NCBI GenBank assembly: GCA_016235455.1
Contig: JACRKZ010000104.1
Span: forward strand, 1-19,491
Direction: 5' to 3'
DNA from: Armatimonadota bacterium
GTDB taxonomy: Bacteria > Armatimonadota > UBA10988
DNA length: 19,491 bases
Each line of letters opens with the position of its first letter. Position 1 is the first letter of the stretch. Below are positions 7,268 to 16,176 of this stretch, piece by piece. Below the pieces are notes generated by a model. The model saw only the letters and a list, made by a program, of their open reading frames with translations, ran no database searches and was not told where the DNA came from. The position numbers and the translations under genes are program-made.

Positions 7268-8647
7268 ATGCTACTGCTCTCCCAGACGCTGGCGATCACC
7301 GCCGCGCTGGCCCCCCTCTCGCTTCACCCGCAGAACCCGCGTGTGTTCGAGTATCAGGGCAAGCCAACGCTGCTCATCACCTCGGGCGAGCACTATGGCG
7401 CGGTGCTCAATCTCGACTTCGACTACGTGCCGTACCTGGACGAGCTGGCCCGCCATGGCCTCAACCAGACACGCACCTTCTCCGGCACCTACCGCGAGGT
7501 GCCGGGCAGCTTCGGCATCAAGGGTAACACGCTGGCTCCGGCCAATGAGCGCTACGCCTGCCCCTGGGCGCGCTCCGACCAGCCCGGCTACCGCCTGGGC
7601 GGCAACAAGTTCGACCTGACGCGGTTCGACGACGCCTACTTTGGCCGGCTGCGCGACTTCGTGGGCCAGGCTGAGCGGCGCGGCATCGTGGTCGAGTACG
7701 TGCTGTTCTGCCCGTTCTACGACAACGGCCTGTGGCTGGCCAACCCGATGCACGTGTCCAACAACGTCAACGGCGTCGGCGCTCACGCCAGCAGTGAAGC
7801 CTACACCATGGCGCACGCCGACCTGCAGGCCATCCAGGAGGCCTTCGTGCGCAAGGCGGTCACCGAGCTCAACGGCTTCGACAACGTCTACTTCGAGATC
7901 GCCAACGAGCCGTACTTCGGCGGCATCACGCTCGACTGGCAGAAGCGCATCGCGCAGGTCATCGTGGAGACCGAGGCCGGCCTGCCCAAGCGCCACCTGA
8001 TCGCCCAGAACATCGCGAACAACTGGGGCAAGGTGGACCAGCCCGACCCCAACGTGAGCATCTTCAACTACCACTACGCCGCGCCGCCGCGGGTGGTCGA
8101 GCAGAACTGGCACCTCAACCGCCCGATCGGCTTCGATGAGACCGGCTTCGCCGGCAGCGACGACCGCACCTACCGTCGCGAGGCCTGGCAGTTTGTCCTG
8201 GCCGGCGGCAGCGAGTTCTCCAACCTCGACTACTCGTTCACCGCCGATGCCGAATCCGGCACCGCCAAGGTCGACGCGCCGGGTGGCGGCTCAACCGCCT
8301 ATCGAGCTCAGCTTGGCCTGCTCAAGCGCTTCGTCGAGGGCCTCGACCTGCTGCACGGGCAGCCGCTGCGCGGCGCGGTCAGCGGCCCGCTCGACCGCGG
8401 CCTGGCGCTGTATGCCCGGGGTGTGCCGGGCCAGGTCTACGGCTTGTACCTGCATTTTGACCACGGTTGCGACCGCGACACGACGCTCATGCTGGACCTG
8501 CCGGCGGGCACCTACCGCGTCGACCTCGTCGATGTCATCAGCGGCGCGGAGAAGCGGGGCGCCAACCTGACCAGTGGTGGCGGCCTGACGCCGCTGACCG
8601 TGCCGCCGGTGCCCGCCGACCTGGCAGTCCGCGTGACGAAGGAGTAG
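7268..8647 (+). CDS. Uncharacterised clan GH-A (GH5/cellulase-like TIM barrel) glycoside hydrolase with a C-terminal beta-sandwich
   Basis: AGGAG RBS and a short hydrophobic N-terminus. LHPQNPRVFEYQGKP, KFDLTRFDDAYFGRL, YFEIANEP (acid/base NEP motif) and IGFDETG (putative nucleophile). The C-terminus (LDLPAGTYRVDLVDVISG) is a beta-rich module. Confidence 0.75.
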   Translation: MLLLSQTLAITAALAPLSLHPQNPRVFEYQGKPTLLITSGEHYGAVLNLDFDYVPYLDELARHGLNQTRTFSGTYREVPGSFGIKGNTLAPANERYACPWARSDQPGYRLGGNKFDLTRFDDAYFGRLRDFVGQAERRGIVVEYVLFCPFYDNGLWLANPMHVSNNVNGVGAHASSEAYTMAHADLQAIQEAFVRKAVTELNGFDNVYFEIANEPYFGGITLDWQKRIAQVIVETEAGLPKRHLIAQNIANNWGKVDQPDPNVSIFNYHYAAPPRVVEQNWHLNRPIGFDETGFAGSDDRTYRREAWQFVLAGGSEFSNLDYSFTADAESGTAKVDAPGGGSTAYRAQLGLLKRFVEGLDLLHGQPLRGAVSGPLDRGLALYARGVPGQVYGLYLHFDHGCDRDTTLMLDLPAGTYRVDLVDVISGAEKRGANLTSGGGLTPLTVPPVPADLAVRVTKE

Positions 8648-8651
8648 CGTT

Positions 8652-10064
8652 TTGGCCATCGATCTCGATCTGCTGACAGGCTATCTCGACGAAGAGGACC
8701 TACGCTATGCCGTCGAACGCGACGGCAAGGCCCTGTACGTGCCGTTCGGCGGCTGCACGGTGCGCATCTTCATCATCGAAGATGGCGAGGGCCTGACCTT
8801 CCAGGCACCCCAGGTGTTTAACCTGGCCGAATGCCCGCGGCGTGAGGCCGCCCTGGCCTGGATGGCCGAGCACGTCTACGGCACCAAGATCGGGCACTTC
8901 GGCTTCGACGCGCAGGACGGCGAGATCGACGTCTCACACTTCTTCCCCGTGGAAGACGGCACCGTCACCAAGGAGCAGTTCATCCGGATGCTGTACGTGG
9001 TGCGCCAGGTGGCCACGGACGATGTCAAGGACCTGCGGCGCGCGGCCTTCGGCACGCTCGACGATGAGGACGACAGTGACGATGCGCTGGCCGACGGCGA
9101 CGATGACGCGCTCGACGATCCCTTCGCCGATGAGGACGCCGACGATGCCGACGAGCCGTTCGAGGGCTACGGGCCGCTGCCGCCGGCGCCGCTCGATGAA
9201 TCCACCTGGGTGATCGCCGCGGCGGATGCGCTGGCGCGCCTCGCGCGCGACGTTCATCTGCAACGGCCCATGACCCATCTGCGCGACGTGGTCTGGCCCG
9301 AGTTGCTGGCCCTGCGTGAGGCCAGCATCGCCGCGGGCCAAGCCTACTGCGGGCCGCAGGTGCTGGCCTCGATGAACATCCAGGGCGACCTGGAGCGGCT
9401 CATCTGGTTCATGGTGGCACGCCAGCGCGACGGCGACTTGCGCATCACCTCACATGAGGTGCAGGCGGTGCTCGGCCGCCGCGCCGAAGGCCCGGTGCAG
9501 GCGCTGCAGCGCGCCGGCGTGCTGGTCGCCTGCGACCACGACGGTGTGGCGCCGTTCATGCTCGGCCACACGCTGCTGGATCCCCTGGCCGGCGTGTTGC
9601 CGTTCGAGCACACGCCATTGCCGCCGACCATCGACCCGGCCAACTGGCCCTCCGCGCCCCTGGCTGAGCCGATCTGGCTCAAGCTGGTCTACGGCGCCTG
9701 CCACGCGCATGCCTGCGACCTGGACAACCGCGCCCGGCTGCGGGCGCTGCGCGAGGTGCTGTGGCCCACGCTGCGCGGGATGCGCACCGCCTCGGTGGCC
9801 GCTGGACAGGCTTACGACACCGACGAGCTGGCCCGCGCCAACCAACTGAGCGAAGCCGCCGAACTGCTGGTGGCCTACTGCGCCTACGAGGCCAGTGCCG
9901 GCGTCCGTCGCATCAACGAAGCGGCGCTGGCGCAGCTGGTGGCCAAGGGCAGCGACTGGCCCGTGGATGACCTGGTGTCGCGCGGCCTGCTGGTCAGTTG
10001 CGATGACGACGACCAGGAGCCGTACACCGTCGGGCCGGCGGCGGCCGAGGCGTTTGCCCTGTAA
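8652..10064 (+). CDS. Hypothetical protein: YbjN-like (type III chaperone fold) N-terminal domain, acidic linker and two tandem ~150-aa repeats
   Basis: TTG start with AAGGAG 7 nt upstream, 4 nt after the previous stop. Residues 1-134 carry the YbjN-like FGFDAQDGEI...PVEDGTVTKEQFIRML pattern. A D/E-rich linker spans aa ~135-172. An internal duplication with an offset of about 156 aa is visible by eye. Confidence 0.8.
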   Translation: MAIDLDLLTGYLDEEDLRYAVERDGKALYVPFGGCTVRIFIIEDGEGLTFQAPQVFNLAECPRREAALAWMAEHVYGTKIGHFGFDAQDGEIDVSHFFPVEDGTVTKEQFIRMLYVVRQVATDDVKDLRRAAFGTLDDEDDSDDALADGDDDALDDPFADEDADDADEPFEGYGPLPPAPLDESTWVIAAADALARLARDVHLQRPMTHLRDVVWPELLALREASIAAGQAYCGPQVLASMNIQGDLERLIWFMVARQRDGDLRITSHEVQAVLGRRAEGPVQALQRAGVLVACDHDGVAPFMLGHTLLDPLAGVLPFEHTPLPPTIDPANWPSAPLAEPIWLKLVYGACHAHACDLDNRARLRALREVLWPTLRGMRTASVAAGQAYDTDELARANQLSEAAELLVAYCAYEASAGVRRINEAALAQLVAKGSDWPVDDLVSRGLLVSCDDDDQEPYTVGPAAAEAFAL

Positions 10065-10083
10065 GCGCGATGCCCAAAGGACG

Positions 10084-10131
10084 CCGGCCCCGCGCCTCTC
10101 GGAACTTGGCGTTCCGAGAGGGCGGGGCCGG
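10084..10131. terminator. Long GC-rich hairpin between convergent genes; probable bidirectional terminator
   Basis: CCGGCCCCGC(G)CCTCTCGGAAC-TTGGC-GTTCCGAGAGG-GCGGGGCCGG forms a 21-bp stem with one bulge and no U-tract. Confidence 0.7.
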
Positions 10132-10150
10132 GCAGCACGGCGGCCTGATC

Positions 10151-12160
10151 TCAGGCGATCTCGATCATCGCGTGGCCATACAGCTCCGGCACGACGAAGC
10201 TGGCCCGCGTGCCGTCGTGTTCGAAGGCCAGCGCCTCGCCCGACGGCACCAGCCGCACCGACTTCGGCGCGTCCTCGCAACGCACGCGCACGGCCACGTT
10301 GTACAGCGGGATGATGTCTTCGATGATGTCGAATTCCTGGCAGCGCCGCTCGGGCACGTAGTGCAGCAGGTGCAGCACCTGACGGCTCTCCGCCGGCTGG
10401 TCGTTGAGCGCGCAGAGCAGCGTCGACGGGCCATCCACTTCAACCACCGGCGCCGGCATGACCAGGCTGATGGCGTTGGCCACCAACTGCTTGCACCACG
10501 ACGGCGCATTGTCCTGGTACATGCTGAACACCGGGTGCGCGAAGTAGATGCAGCGCCCGTTGGCCACGATGGCCGGGCCGCCCGGCTGGCCGCTGTTGGG
10601 CGTGTGGCGGTGGCTGCAGAAGGTGCGCCAGGTGCGGTTGTGGTAGGGCACCTCGGTGCCGGCCAGCACCGTCGTGCCCGCTTGTGGACTGACAGCCAGC
10701 GCGCGGCGGTACATCACGTAGCCCGTCGGCCACAGGCCGTCGTCGACCAACCCTCCAGGCACCAGGAAATCGGGTGAGAACTCGGCCTCGCCGGTGACCT
10801 CGACCCCCAGCGCCGGCAGGTTCATGCGGCGGCTGCCTGGGGCGATGCCCGAGGCATAGCTGGCCAGGATGGCGCCGCCGGCATCGATGAAGCCCTGCAG
10901 GCGCGCCGCCAGGGCATCGTCCACGGGGATGATGTCGGGCAGGATGATCAGCCGGTAGCCGCTCAGGTCGCTGTGGTCGTCCACCAGGTCGAACTGCAGC
11001 CGCAGTTCCTGCAACATGCGCACGGCACCCATGGCCGCGGGCTGGTCGCGCTCGCCACCGGTGACGAAGTCCGAGCGTCGGTCAAGGAACGCCTCGGGCG
11101 TGAACACCGCGATCTCGCTCACGGGCTGGGTGCCCACGCACCACGGCTCCTTGGCTTCCACTTCGGCATACACCGCGCCGATCAACTCGTACGTATAGGG
11201 GTCGAGTTGGCCGCTAGGCGGCAACTGGTCGCCCACCGAGCATTGCGCGCCGAGCGCGAGCATGTTGAAGCACTCGAACTGCAGCGCCGGCTCGTTCTTG
11301 TAGCTGGAGAAGTCGCCCCACGAGGTGTGGAACTTGCCGGTCATGCCCAGGCAGGCCTTGCCCAGCGTGCGTGCATAGCGCATGGACTGGGGGAAGTGCA
11401 GGTAACCCCATCCACCCGACGGCAGCGACTCCAGCTCGTAGTGGCTGTAGGCCGCCGCGCTGGGCCGATGGCGCGGGCCCACATGGCCCGAGTTGTAGAA
11501 GATGGTGCAGTCGCTGTTGTAGCCGCGAATGAGGGCGGTCAGCTCCAGTTGCCACTCGTCCATCACGCGGCGGGCAAAGGCCGTGCGCTGGGTCGCATCG
11601 GCGGGATCCAGGCCGGCGTGGTCCATCGCCTCGATCCAGTGCGCCGCGGTGCTCGGGCAGACCTGGCAGATGTCGAAGAAGAAGCCGTCGACCGGCAGCG
11701 TCTCCAACATCTCCTTGACATGATCGCGCAGGAACTGCCGGTAACCGGGATGGAACACATCGAGGTTGCGGTAGAAGCCCGGCTGGAGCGGCGGCGTGCC
11801 GTACTCGCGGCCGTTCTCGTCGATGCAGAGCCAGTCGCGATGGCGGTCGGCGGTGTATTGGTCCCACTGGATCGTGGTGTAGATGGGCACGCGTATGCCG
11901 CGGCGGTGGCAGGCCTCGATCTGCTCGAGCAGCAGGTTGTGGTTGGTCAGGCTGGGGTGGATCCGCGCCGCATGCACCTGGCTGTCGTAGTAGAGGTAGC
12001 CGTGATGGCAGCGGGCGAAGGCGGTCACCGAGTTGACGTGCGCCTTGGCCAGCGTGTCGGCGAACTCGTCGGCGTCGAACGCCGCGGCGACGCCGGGAAT
12101 GGCGGGCCCGGTATGAAAGTCCAGGTGGATCTGACGGAACCTGAGTTGCGTGTCGGCCAT
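10151..12160 (-). CDS. GH151-type alpha-L-fucosidase (GHL6 catalytic domain plus beta-galactosidase trimerisation domain)
   Basis: The likely start is ATG 12160 (AAGGAG 9 nt upstream); the track start is 12184. Motifs RFRQIHLDFHT, VNSVTAFARCHHG, VDGFFFDI, HYELESLPSGGWGY, GMTGKFHTSWGDF and CSVGDQLPPSG, followed by a GATase-like YRLIILPD domain. No signal peptide. Confidence 0.85.
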   Translation of the reverse strand: MADTQLRFRQIHLDFHTGPAIPGVAAAFDADEFADTLAKAHVNSVTAFARCHHGYLYYDSQVHAARIHPSLTNHNLLLEQIEACHRRGIRVPIYTTIQWDQYTADRHRDWLCIDENGREYGTPPLQPGFYRNLDVFHPGYRQFLRDHVKEMLETLPVDGFFFDICQVCPSTAAHWIEAMDHAGLDPADATQRTAFARRVMDEWQLELTALIRGYNSDCTIFYNSGHVGPRHRPSAAAYSHYELESLPSGGWGYLHFPQSMRYARTLGKACLGMTGKFHTSWGDFSSYKNEPALQFECFNMLALGAQCSVGDQLPPSGQLDPYTYELIGAVYAEVEAKEPWCVGTQPVSEIAVFTPEAFLDRRSDFVTGGERDQPAAMGAVRMLQELRLQFDLVDDHSDLSGYRLIILPDIIPVDDALAARLQGFIDAGGAILASYASGIAPGSRRMNLPALGVEVTGEAEFSPDFLVPGGLVDDGLWPTGYVMYRRALAVSPQAGTTVLAGTEVPYHNRTWRTFCSHRHTPNSGQPGGPAIVANGRCIYFAHPVFSMYQDNAPSWCKQLVANAISLVMPAPVVEVDGPSTLLCALNDQPAESRQVLHLLHYVPERRCQEFDIIEDIIPLYNVAVRVRCEDAPKSVRLVPSGEALAFEHDGTRASFVVPELYGHAMIEIA

Positions 12161-12232
12161 GCCGCTGTACTCCTTGGATGACATAGGCGCAGATTGTGCC
12201 CGGCCGGCGCGACGAGGTCAACCGTCGCGCTC

Positions 12233-12254
12233 TATGTGACCGGTACGTGAACAA
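12233..12254 (+). promoter_or_regulatory. Conserved upstream motif, copy 1 (TATGTGACCGGTACGTGAACAA)
   Basis: 18/22 identical to 14140-14161. It begins 139 nt upstream of the MCP1 ATG and contains an 11-bp-period direct repeat ATGTG...ACGTG. Confidence 0.6.
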
Positions 12255-12371
12255 TACATCCTGTAGTAGTTGCACGTTTGCGCGATAGTTGACTCGGCGG
12301 GCGCGAGTTGCGCTGGGCGGCGCATCTCGAAACATGAGCGCCGGGGCCAAGAGCCCCCTGGGAGGTACGCG

Positions 12372-13997
12372 ATGAAGCAGCGAGCGTTGGGCAGACGGAT
12401 GGCCGGCGGGTTCGTCCTGGTCGTGGTGATCGGCTTGGTCGGCAGCGTGGCGGGCTACCTGGGCATGAGGAAGATGTCGGCCGCCAACGCGGAAATGACC
12501 GGTCGGGACGACGACGCCTTGGCGGCGCAGAAGGCCGGTCAGGAGGGCGTTGGGCTGTACCGCCACTTTGCGGATGTCGTCATCAACCGTACCGATCAAG
12601 CGGTGAGCGACTTCGATAGCGGCGTCAAGGAGTTCGACGAGGCTATTGCCAAGGTGAAGGCTGACACCGACTCAGAGAAGAAGGACCTGCAAGACGTGAA
12701 GGACGCCGCTGAGCAGGTGAAGAAGGCGCTCAAGGAAGAGGTCGTTCCGCTGGTCAAGGAGCTGGCCACGCCCGGGCTGAGCGCGGCCAAGTTGGTCGAG
12801 GCGCTGGGCAAGCTGTCCGAGATCGACGGCAAAGTCGACAAGCCGGTGGGCGCTATCATCGAGAAGCTTCAAGCGATCACGGACTCTCTGGCCAAGGAGG
12901 CCGAGCAGGCGGGTAAGGTGGCCGAAGGTGCCGAGCGGCGGGCCAGCCTGACGCTGCTGTTGCTCGCGTTGCTGTCCATGGTGGCCAGCGCGGCGATCGG
13001 CGTCCATCTGGTGCGCTCCATCGTCGGCCAGGTGAGTGGCGCTTCCGAGCGGCTACGCGTCGGCGCCGAGGAGATCACCTCGGCGGCGAATCAGTTGGCC
13101 TCGGCCAGCCAGGGCCTGGCAGCGGGCTCCACGCAGCAGGCCAGCAGCCTGGAAGAGTGCTCGGCCTCGCTCGAGGAGATGTCGTCGATGATCCGCCAGA
13201 GCGCGGACAACGCGCAGCAGGCCGATGCCAAGTCGCGCGAGGCCGGCGCCGCGGCGGCGCAGGGCACGGCGGCCATGATCGAGATGAGCGACGCCATCGA
13301 CCGCATCAAGCGCTCGGCCGACGAGACCGCCAAGATCATCAAGACCATCGACGAGATCGCCTTCCAGACCAACCTGCTGGCGCTCAACGCGGCGGTGGAG
13401 GCGGCTCGAGCCGGTGATGCCGGAAAGGGCTTCGCCGTGGTGGCCGAGGAAGTGCGCAATCTGGCCCAGCGCAGCGCCGACGCTGCCAAGGCCACGGCGC
13501 AACTCATCGGCGAGAGCCAGGAGAATGCGAACAGCGGCGTGAACGCCACGGGCAACGTGGCCAGGCAACTGGAGTCGATCGCCCGGGCCGCAGAGATGGT
13601 GACCACGCTGGCCGCCGAGGTGGCCACCTCATCGCGCGAGCAGGCCACCGGCATCGCGCAGCTGACCCAGGCGGTCAACCAGCTGGACCAGCTGACGCAG
13701 AGCAACTCGGCGGGCGCCGAGGAGACCGCGTCGTCCAGCGAGGAACTCACCGCCCAGGCCAACCAGGTACGCGGCATCGTGGCCGAACTCAATGCCCTGG
13801 TCGAAGGCAGCGACGGTCAGGCGCCGACGCGTCCACCGGCGCCCGCGCCGTCAGCCGCCGCGCCGCCCCGGCTGGTGCCACGTCCCGCCGCGGCCAGCCC
13901 GGCCGCTCGTCCCGCCATCAGCAAGCCGGCATCGGCGCCGGCCAGTGAGGCGGCCAAGGTGCTGCCGCTGGACGACTCGGACTTCGGCGACTTCTGA
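12372..13997 (+). CDS. Methyl-accepting chemotaxis protein 1 (2 TM, helical periplasmic sensor, C-terminal DFGDF pentapeptide)
   Basis: The likely start is ATG 12372 with a GGAGG RBS; the track start at 12270 is too far upstream. TM1 is [19 protein letters not shown] and TM2 is [22 protein letters not shown]. The signalling hairpin reads [44 protein letters not shown] Pro/Ala linker ends in [11 protein letters not shown]. Confidence 0.96.
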   Translation: MKQRALGRRMAGGFVLVVVIGLVGSVAGYLGMRKMSAANAEMTGRDDDALAAQKAGQEGVGLYRHFADVVINRTDQAVSDFDSGVKEFDEAIAKVKADTDSEKKDLQDVKDAAEQVKKALKEEVVPLVKELATPGLSAAKLVEALGKLSEIDGKVDKPVGAIIEKLQAITDSLAKEAEQAGKVAEGAERRASLTLLLLALLSMVASAAIGVHLVRSIVGQVSGASERLRVGAEEITSAANQLASASQGLAAGSTQQASSLEECSASLEEMSSMIRQSADNAQQADAKSREAGAAAAQGTAAMIEMSDAIDRIKRSADETAKIIKTIDEIAFQTNLLALNAAVEAARAGDAGKGFAVVAEEVRNLAQRSADAAKATAQLIGESQENANSGVNATGNVARQLESIARAAEMVTTLAAEVATSSREQATGIAQLTQAVNQLDQLTQSNSAGAEETASSSEELTAQANQVRGIVAELNALVEGSDGQAPTRPPAPAPSAAAPPRLVPRPAAASPAARPAISKPASAPASEAAKVLPLDDSDFGDF

Positions 13998-14021
13998 CCG
14001 CTCCTGCCCATACTCGACCCC

Positions 14022-14060
14022 CACGCGGCCATCGGCTCTGCCGGTGGCCGCGTGATTTGT
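14022..14060 (+). terminator. Intrinsic terminator-like hairpin after MCP1
   Basis: CACGCGGCCATCGGC-TCT-GCCGGTGGCCGCGTG forms a 15-bp stem with one G-U pair, followed by ATTTGT. Confidence 0.7.
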
Positions 14061-14139
14061 AACACGGCCGCGTTACGTTGCTGCCCAACAGACCGCATGT
14101 TGCCCACGCGGTCCGCGATTCTGTCCTGCTGCCTTGGCT

Positions 14140-14161
14140 TATGTGACCTGAACCTGAACCA
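14140..14161 (+). promoter_or_regulatory. Conserved upstream motif, copy 2 (TATGTGACCTGAACCTGAACCA)
   Basis: 18/22 identical to 12233-12254. It begins 152 nt upstream of the MCP2 ATG. Confidence 0.6.
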
Positions 14162-14291
14162 ACGGCCAGGGAACCATGGAACACCATGCGCCGCCAGGGC
14201 CTCGTTTGGCGCGAGCGGCGAGGGCGATGCACTGGCCCAGCCGGTCGGTCCGCCTGGCAAAGCGGAGGCGGACGCACACAGGAGCAAGGTG

Positions 14292-15890
14292 ATGAGGACC
14301 CGTTCTCTCGGACAGCGTATGTCAAGGGGGTTCATGCTCGTCGTGCTAGTTGGCTTGCTGGGCAGTTCGGCCGGGGTCTGGGGCGTGCGGCGCGTCAAGG
14401 CGAAGGCGAGCGAGGCGCTGTCGCGGGCGCTGGACGCGCACCAGGCTGAGAAGGCGCGGGCCGCGGGGCTCGATCTGTCGCGAGCCTTCGCCGGGGTGAT
14501 TATCAACCGCTCCGACGCAATGGCCGCGGATTTCGAGAACAAGCTCAAGGTCGTGGACAAGGACCTGGCTGAGGTGCCGGTCGACACCGCCAGTGAGAGG
14601 GCCGACATCCAGGCGGCCAAGGATGCTGTGATGCAGGTGGCCAGTGCCGAGCGCGATGTCGTGCTTCCGTTGGTCAAGGCATCCAGGGCGGCTGGCCTCA
14701 CGGCGGCGCAACTCGTCGACATCGAGAGACGGCTCTCCCAATGCGACGACAACGTGGACGCGCCGGTGGCGCTGATTGGCGACAAGATGGGTGCCATCGC
14801 CGAGTCCATGTACAGCGAGGCGACGGTGGCCAAGTCGGCAGCCGAGCGCGCCGCGGCGGAGACTCTCACCATGCTGATTGCCTTTGCGCTGCTGGCCGTG
14901 GTGGGCAGCCTGGTCATCGCCGGCAGCCTGGTGCGATCCATCGGCGGGCAGTTGCGCAGCGCGTCGGACCGGCTGCGCCAGGGCGCCGAAGAGATCGCCG
15001 TCGCGGCCGCGCAGATGGCCACCGCCAGCCAGTCGCTGGCCAGCGGCGCCAGCGAACAGGCCTCCAGCCTGGAGGAATGCTCGGCCTCGTTGGAGCAGAT
15101 GTCGTCGATGACGCGGCAGAGCGCGGACAACGCGGCGCAGGCCAACGCCGCGTCGCGCGCCGCCGGCACCGCCGCTCAGCAGGGCACGACCGCCATGGCT
15201 CAGATGGCCCAGGCCATCGAGCTCATCAAGCGCTCCTCCGACGAGACGGCCCGGATCGTCAGGACCATCGACGAGATCGCCTTCCAGACCAACCTGCTGG
15301 CCCTCAATGCCGCGGTCGAGGCGGCGCGAGCGGGCGACGCCGGCAAGGGCTTCGCGGTCGTTGCCGAGGAGGTCCGCAACCTGGCTCGGCGCAGCGCCGA
15401 TGCCGCCAAGGCCACTGCGCAGCTGATCGGCGAAGGCCAGCAGAACGCGGACCAGGGCGTGCACTCGAGCAGTGCCGTGGGCCAGCACCTGGACGCCATC
15501 GTCGAGGCGGCGACCACCGTCACGGCGCTGGTGGCGGAACTGGCCTCGTCCGGCCGGGAGCAGGCTGTGGGCATCGGGCAGGTCAGCCAGGCGGTGTCCC
15601 AGATGGACGAACTGACCCAGGCCAACTCCGCCGCCGCCGAGGAGACCGCCTCGTCGAGCGAGGAGCTGTCGGCGCAGGCCGAGCAGGTGCGGGCCGTGGT
15701 CGATGAACTCACGGTCTTGGTTGCGGGCAGTTCCGGCGGCGCCGCTGTCCGGGCCGCGGCGCCGCCGCGGCTCGAGGTGCCAGTCCGGCAGGCAGCGCCA
15801 CGCGCGGCCGCCAGGCCGGCCTTGGCGCGCACAGCGGCCAAGGGCAACAGTGTCGTGGCTCAGCACGATGGCGATCGCGGCCGCCGGTAG
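14292..15890 (+). CDS. Methyl-accepting chemotaxis protein 2, tandem paralog of MCP1 without the C-terminal pentapeptide
   Basis: The likely start is ATG 14292 (AGGAG RBS). [14 protein letters not shown] aligns with [14 protein letters not shown] of MCP1. It has the same 2-TM layout and a nearly identical signalling hairpin, and it ends QHDGDRGRR. Confidence 0.95.
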   Translation: MRTRSLGQRMSRGFMLVVLVGLLGSSAGVWGVRRVKAKASEALSRALDAHQAEKARAAGLDLSRAFAGVIINRSDAMAADFENKLKVVDKDLAEVPVDTASERADIQAAKDAVMQVASAERDVVLPLVKASRAAGLTAAQLVDIERRLSQCDDNVDAPVALIGDKMGAIAESMYSEATVAKSAAERAAAETLTMLIAFALLAVVGSLVIAGSLVRSIGGQLRSASDRLRQGAEEIAVAAAQMATASQSLASGASEQASSLEECSASLEQMSSMTRQSADNAAQANAASRAAGTAAQQGTTAMAQMAQAIELIKRSSDETARIVRTIDEIAFQTNLLALNAAVEAARAGDAGKGFAVVAEEVRNLARRSADAAKATAQLIGEGQQNADQGVHSSSAVGQHLDAIVEAATTVTALVAELASSGREQAVGIGQVSQAVSQMDELTQANSAAAEETASSSEELSAQAEQVRAVVDELTVLVAGSSGGAAVRAAAPPRLEVPVRQAAPRAAARPALARTAAKGNSVVAQHDGDRGRR

Positions 15891-15913
15891 TCGGCCGCGC
15901 GCCCACCCAAACA

Positions 15914-15950
15914 GCGAACGGCCACCGGCGGGCCCGGTGGCCGTTCGTGT
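15914..15950 (+). terminator. Terminator-like hairpin after MCP2
   Basis: GCGAACGGCCACCGG-CGGGC-CCGGTGGCCGTTCGT forms a 15-bp stem. Confidence 0.68.
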
Positions 15951-16176
15951 CTCGCTCTCGCGCGAGTGTCACACGATCGATCGGTTGTCTGGGGGCCAAC
16001 GGCCCGCGGGTCTCATTCCCGCATCACTTCATAGGATCATTGTGGCGCGGCTGTCGGGGAGTGGCTACAACTTCGCCGCGCGTCTGAACCGTGTGGCGCG
16101 CAGTGCGCCTCGACCTCGTCGCCAACTTGACAGTCGTCCGCACCGATGAGACTCTGTGGCCACGAGGAACCCGACG

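Noticed and set aside
12262-12288. Possible sigma28 promoter upstream of MCP1 (CGCGATAG) and a sigma54-like GG-N10-GC upstream of MCP2 (about 14177-14191)
   Set aside because: Poor matches (no TAAA -35, no TTGC), and neither is shared between the paralogs.
14059-14076. Inverted repeat GTAAC-N8-GTTAC just after the MCP1 terminator
   Set aside because: Only 5-bp arms and a single occurrence. I cannot distinguish it from chance.
14248-14285. GGCAAAGCGGAGGCGGACGCA in the MCP2 leader resembles part of a c-di-GMP-I riboswitch (GGCAAA...GACGCAAA)
   Set aside because: There is no proper GNRA-capped P2 stem and no room for P3 before the RBS. A simple GTCCGCCT/AGGCGGAC hairpin explains it. An Rfam scan would settle it.
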